From assembly GCA_965246715.1 (NCBI GenBank), contig CBDFFH010000014.1:1-64000 (forward strand): a stretch of DNA of 64,000 nucleotides. The letters are read 5' to 3'. Of the stretch, positions 61,985-64,000 are shown piece by piece. A program made the translations under genes and the position numbers. Position 1 is the stretch's first letter; every line of letters begins with the position of its first letter. This DNA is from Chamaesiphon sp. (lineage in GTDB: Bacteria > Cyanobacteriota > Cyanobacteriia > Cyanobacteriales > Chamaesiphonaceae). The notes below the pieces were generated by a model, which was not told the DNA's origin, did no database searches, and was given only the letters and a program-made list of their open reading frames with translations.

Positions 61985-62680
61985 TTAATGGGCGTTGGTG
62001 GATTGAAGTATGACACCTTGGGTAGGGGCAATGTCTTGCCTCCCTTTTCGCGTCGGGGAACCCGACGGGCGGGAGCCGCTTCCTGAATTGCCCCTACCCA
62101 TCGAGAGATCTGTCAAAGGATTATATGAAATATTAATAGATTGCAATTTCAATAGATTACCAAAGTTCTCGGGCAGTAAAGTAAGTCGATTTCCATACAG
62201 ACACAACTTAACTAAATTGGCAAGATTGCCCATGCAATTCGGCAGACTAACAATATTGTTTTTAGACAAATCTAATTTGGTCAAATTAGTAAGATTACCA
62301 ATACTCTCTGGTAGGTCAATGAGCTTATTGTTGGAAAGGTATAAACCATTCAAGTTATTAAGATTACCAATACTCTCTGGTAAACTCACGAGATGATTAT
62401 CAACAATATTTAATTCATTCAATTTGATTAGATTACCAATACTCTCTGGTAAACTATGGATTTTATTGCAACGTAAATTTAATTTAATTAGACTACTGAG
62501 ATTGCCAACACTTTCTGGTAAGTGGGTTAATTTATTAGAAGATAGCCATAGCTCTGTCAGATGAGAGAGATTACCGATACTGTCTGGTAAGTATCTAACT
62601 TGACTATTTTGTAGACGCAAACTTACAGATCGATTTATCTTTGCATTTTCAATTATTTCTTCTAGACTGTATAGTTTCAC
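61985..62680 (-). CDS. leucine-rich repeat protein with a repeat-derived C-terminus (probably truncated)
   Basis: 23-aa LPESIGNL..L..L.L..N repeats; the tail after PLTDLS is encoded by a palindrome at 62019-62100. Confidence 0.8.
   Translation of the reverse strand: MKLYSLEEIIENAKINRSVSLRLQNSQVRYLPDSIGNLSHLTELWLSSNKLTHLPESVGNLSSLIKLNLRCNKIHSLPESIGNLIKLNELNIVDNHLVSLPESIGNLNNLNGLYLSNNKLIDLPESIGNLTNLTKLDLSKNNIVSLPNCMGNLANLVKLCLYGNRLTLLPENFGNLLKLQSINISYNPLTDLSMGRGNSGSGSRPSGSPTRKGRQDIAPTQGVILQSTNAH
62019..62100. repeat. GTAGGGGCAAT...ATTGCCCCTAC REP with a 48-nt AGCGG...CAAGAC element in its loop (62033-62080)
   Basis: TGGGTAGGGGCAAT|48 nt|TCCTGAATTGCCCCTACCCA. Confidence 0.8.
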
Positions 62681-62772
62681 GATCGCTCCTCCCCTATCTC
62701 ATCATCTTAAAATACCCAAAAACAAAGGGCACCTAAAACAGGCACCCCATAAAATATTCGATCGAACCCTGC

Positions 62773-63777
62773 TTAACTATTAGTTTGTTCGTTCAGTACC
62801 TGCTTGAGACCATCGCGTTGGACGAGGGCGAAGATTTCATCGAGGATCGCTTGTGCGCCTTGCGCCTTGAGCCGATGGGCGAGATCCTTACCGATTTGTT
62901 CGGCATCGGTGGCTAAACCTGTAATCGTGTCAGTGACTAAAGTTTGACCGTCGAGCGTGGAAACCATGCCGACTAAAGTGAGATTATCGCCATCGATGGT
63001 AGTATTAACCCCGATCGGGACTTGACAACCACCTTCCAATTCGCGCAGGAAGGAACGCTCGGCATAGCAACGATAAGCCGTCGGTTGATGTTGTAAGGCT
63101 TGGAGAAACGCGAGAATTTCTGGATCTTCCGTCCGACATTCGATGCCCAATGCCCCTTGTCCGACCGCATGAAGCGATAATTCAGCGGGAATGAGTTGGT
63201 CGATGCGATCGCCAAAATCCAGCCGTTGTAAGCCCGCTGCGGCGAGGATCAGCGCATCGTACTCGCCAGCATCTAATTTTGCCAAGCGGGTATTGACGTT
63301 ACCGCGCACGTCTTTGAAATTAAAGTGGGGGAAATGATGGCGAAGTTGTGCCAAGCGGCGCAGGGAAGACGTACCGACGACTGCACCTTGGGGGAGGGTG
63401 TCGAGCTGACAACCTTGATGTTTAGCGTTGACGACGAGCGCATCGGCGGGATTTTCCCGCTCGGTAATACAACCGAGCATCAAACCTTCAGGTAGATTGG
63501 TAGGTAGGTCTTTGAGCGAGTGAACTGCCAAGTCTGCCGATCGATCGAGCATTTTGACTTCGAGTTCTTTGGTAAATAACCCCTTATCCCCAATTTTTGC
63601 CAGGGGTACATCGAGGATTTTATCCCCTTGGGTACTCATCATCTCGACTTCAAAGGTGCGATCGGGGAAATGTTTCTGGAGTTCGGCTTGTACCCAATAG
63701 GTTTGAACCAGAGCTAGTTGGCTTTTCCGCGAAGCGATGCGGATCGTCCGGGTGGGGTTAGTAATATTAGCAGACAT
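62773..63777 (-). CDS. hemC: hydroxymethylbilane synthase
   Basis: [41 protein letters not shown]. Confidence 0.97.
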   Translation of the reverse strand: MSANITNPTRTIRIASRKSQLALVQTYWVQAELQKHFPDRTFEVEMMSTQGDKILDVPLAKIGDKGLFTKELEVKMLDRSADLAVHSLKDLPTNLPEGLMLGCITERENPADALVVNAKHQGCQLDTLPQGAVVGTSSLRRLAQLRHHFPHFNFKDVRGNVNTRLAKLDAGEYDALILAAAGLQRLDFGDRIDQLIPAELSLHAVGQGALGIECRTEDPEILAFLQALQHQPTAYRCYAERSFLRELEGGCQVPIGVNTTIDGDNLTLVGMVSTLDGQTLVTDTITGLATDAEQIGKDLAHRLKAQGAQAILDEIFALVQRDGLKQVLNEQTNS

Positions 63778-64000
63778 AAAAATAAATTATGAATTATGAA
63801 TTATGCGATATGAAATATGAGTGGAAGTGATACATTTGGAGTCGATTGCGATCGCCGACGGCAAGCCGTGCGCCAAGTTGTCAGGAATATATTCTAGTAC
63901 AGTATGCACCTCCTCCAGCCATCCCAACGCTGGCATTTAGGGTCGATCGCAGTTGTAAGCTGTTGGTTTTACTGGGGTTGAGTTACTCGGCAGGCATAAT

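Noticed and set aside
62150..62600. Regular 69-bp periodicity resembling a CRISPR array
   Set aside because: Explained by 23-aa leucine-rich repeat coding units.
1..64000. High density of GCGATCGC/TCGATCGA
   Set aside because: Known HIP1-type feature of cyanobacterial genomes; used only as a taxonomic hint.
1..64000. tRNA/rRNA genes and antisense ORFs in the track
   Set aside because: No tRNA or rRNA signatures were recognised by eye; antisense and out-of-frame ORFs overlap well-supported genes.

Overview
Chromosomal window from a cyanobacterium. HIP1-type GCGATCGC/TCGATCGA sites are dense, and ndhAIGE, ictB, fibrillin, ctpB, XisI and Nif11-type genes are present; a Chamaesiphon-like origin is an inference. 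Housekeeping genes (menD, purL, a gyrA/parC paralog, ndh, mraY, hemC, ABC transporters) alternate with two accessory patches. At 1-5.1 kb are DUF6888/6887, XisI, an Xre-RES toxin-antitoxin pair, an SBD-HNH nuclease plus dndC, and a REP-flanked Y1 transposase. At 8.5-13.8 kb are decayed TA and ATPase genes and an ISAs1 element splitting a SMI1/KNR4-like gene. The strongest signal is a complete IS621-like IS110 element between ndhA and ndhI. Its non-coding end contains a readable bridge RNA whose target guides match the insertion site (a cyanobacterial repeat) and whose donor guides match the circle junction ACAGTATCTTGTAT, and a TTGACA-17-TATCTT promoter forms only on circularisation. Also notable: a 476-aa intein with a degenerate homing endonuclease in purL; a layered set of tiny mobile repeats (24-nt elements inserted at GAT^CG, one in frame in menD; 48/60/123-nt AGC...CAAGAC hairpin elements with covarying stems that insert into other palindromes; REP doublets; IS982-like and IS4-like MITEs), nested up to four deep near 59.1-59.5 kb; and an unannotated 31-aa membrane ORF. 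Three +1 homopolymer frameshifts at 33.8-37 kb may be sequencing errors. All family assignments come from motif recognition; no database searches were run.
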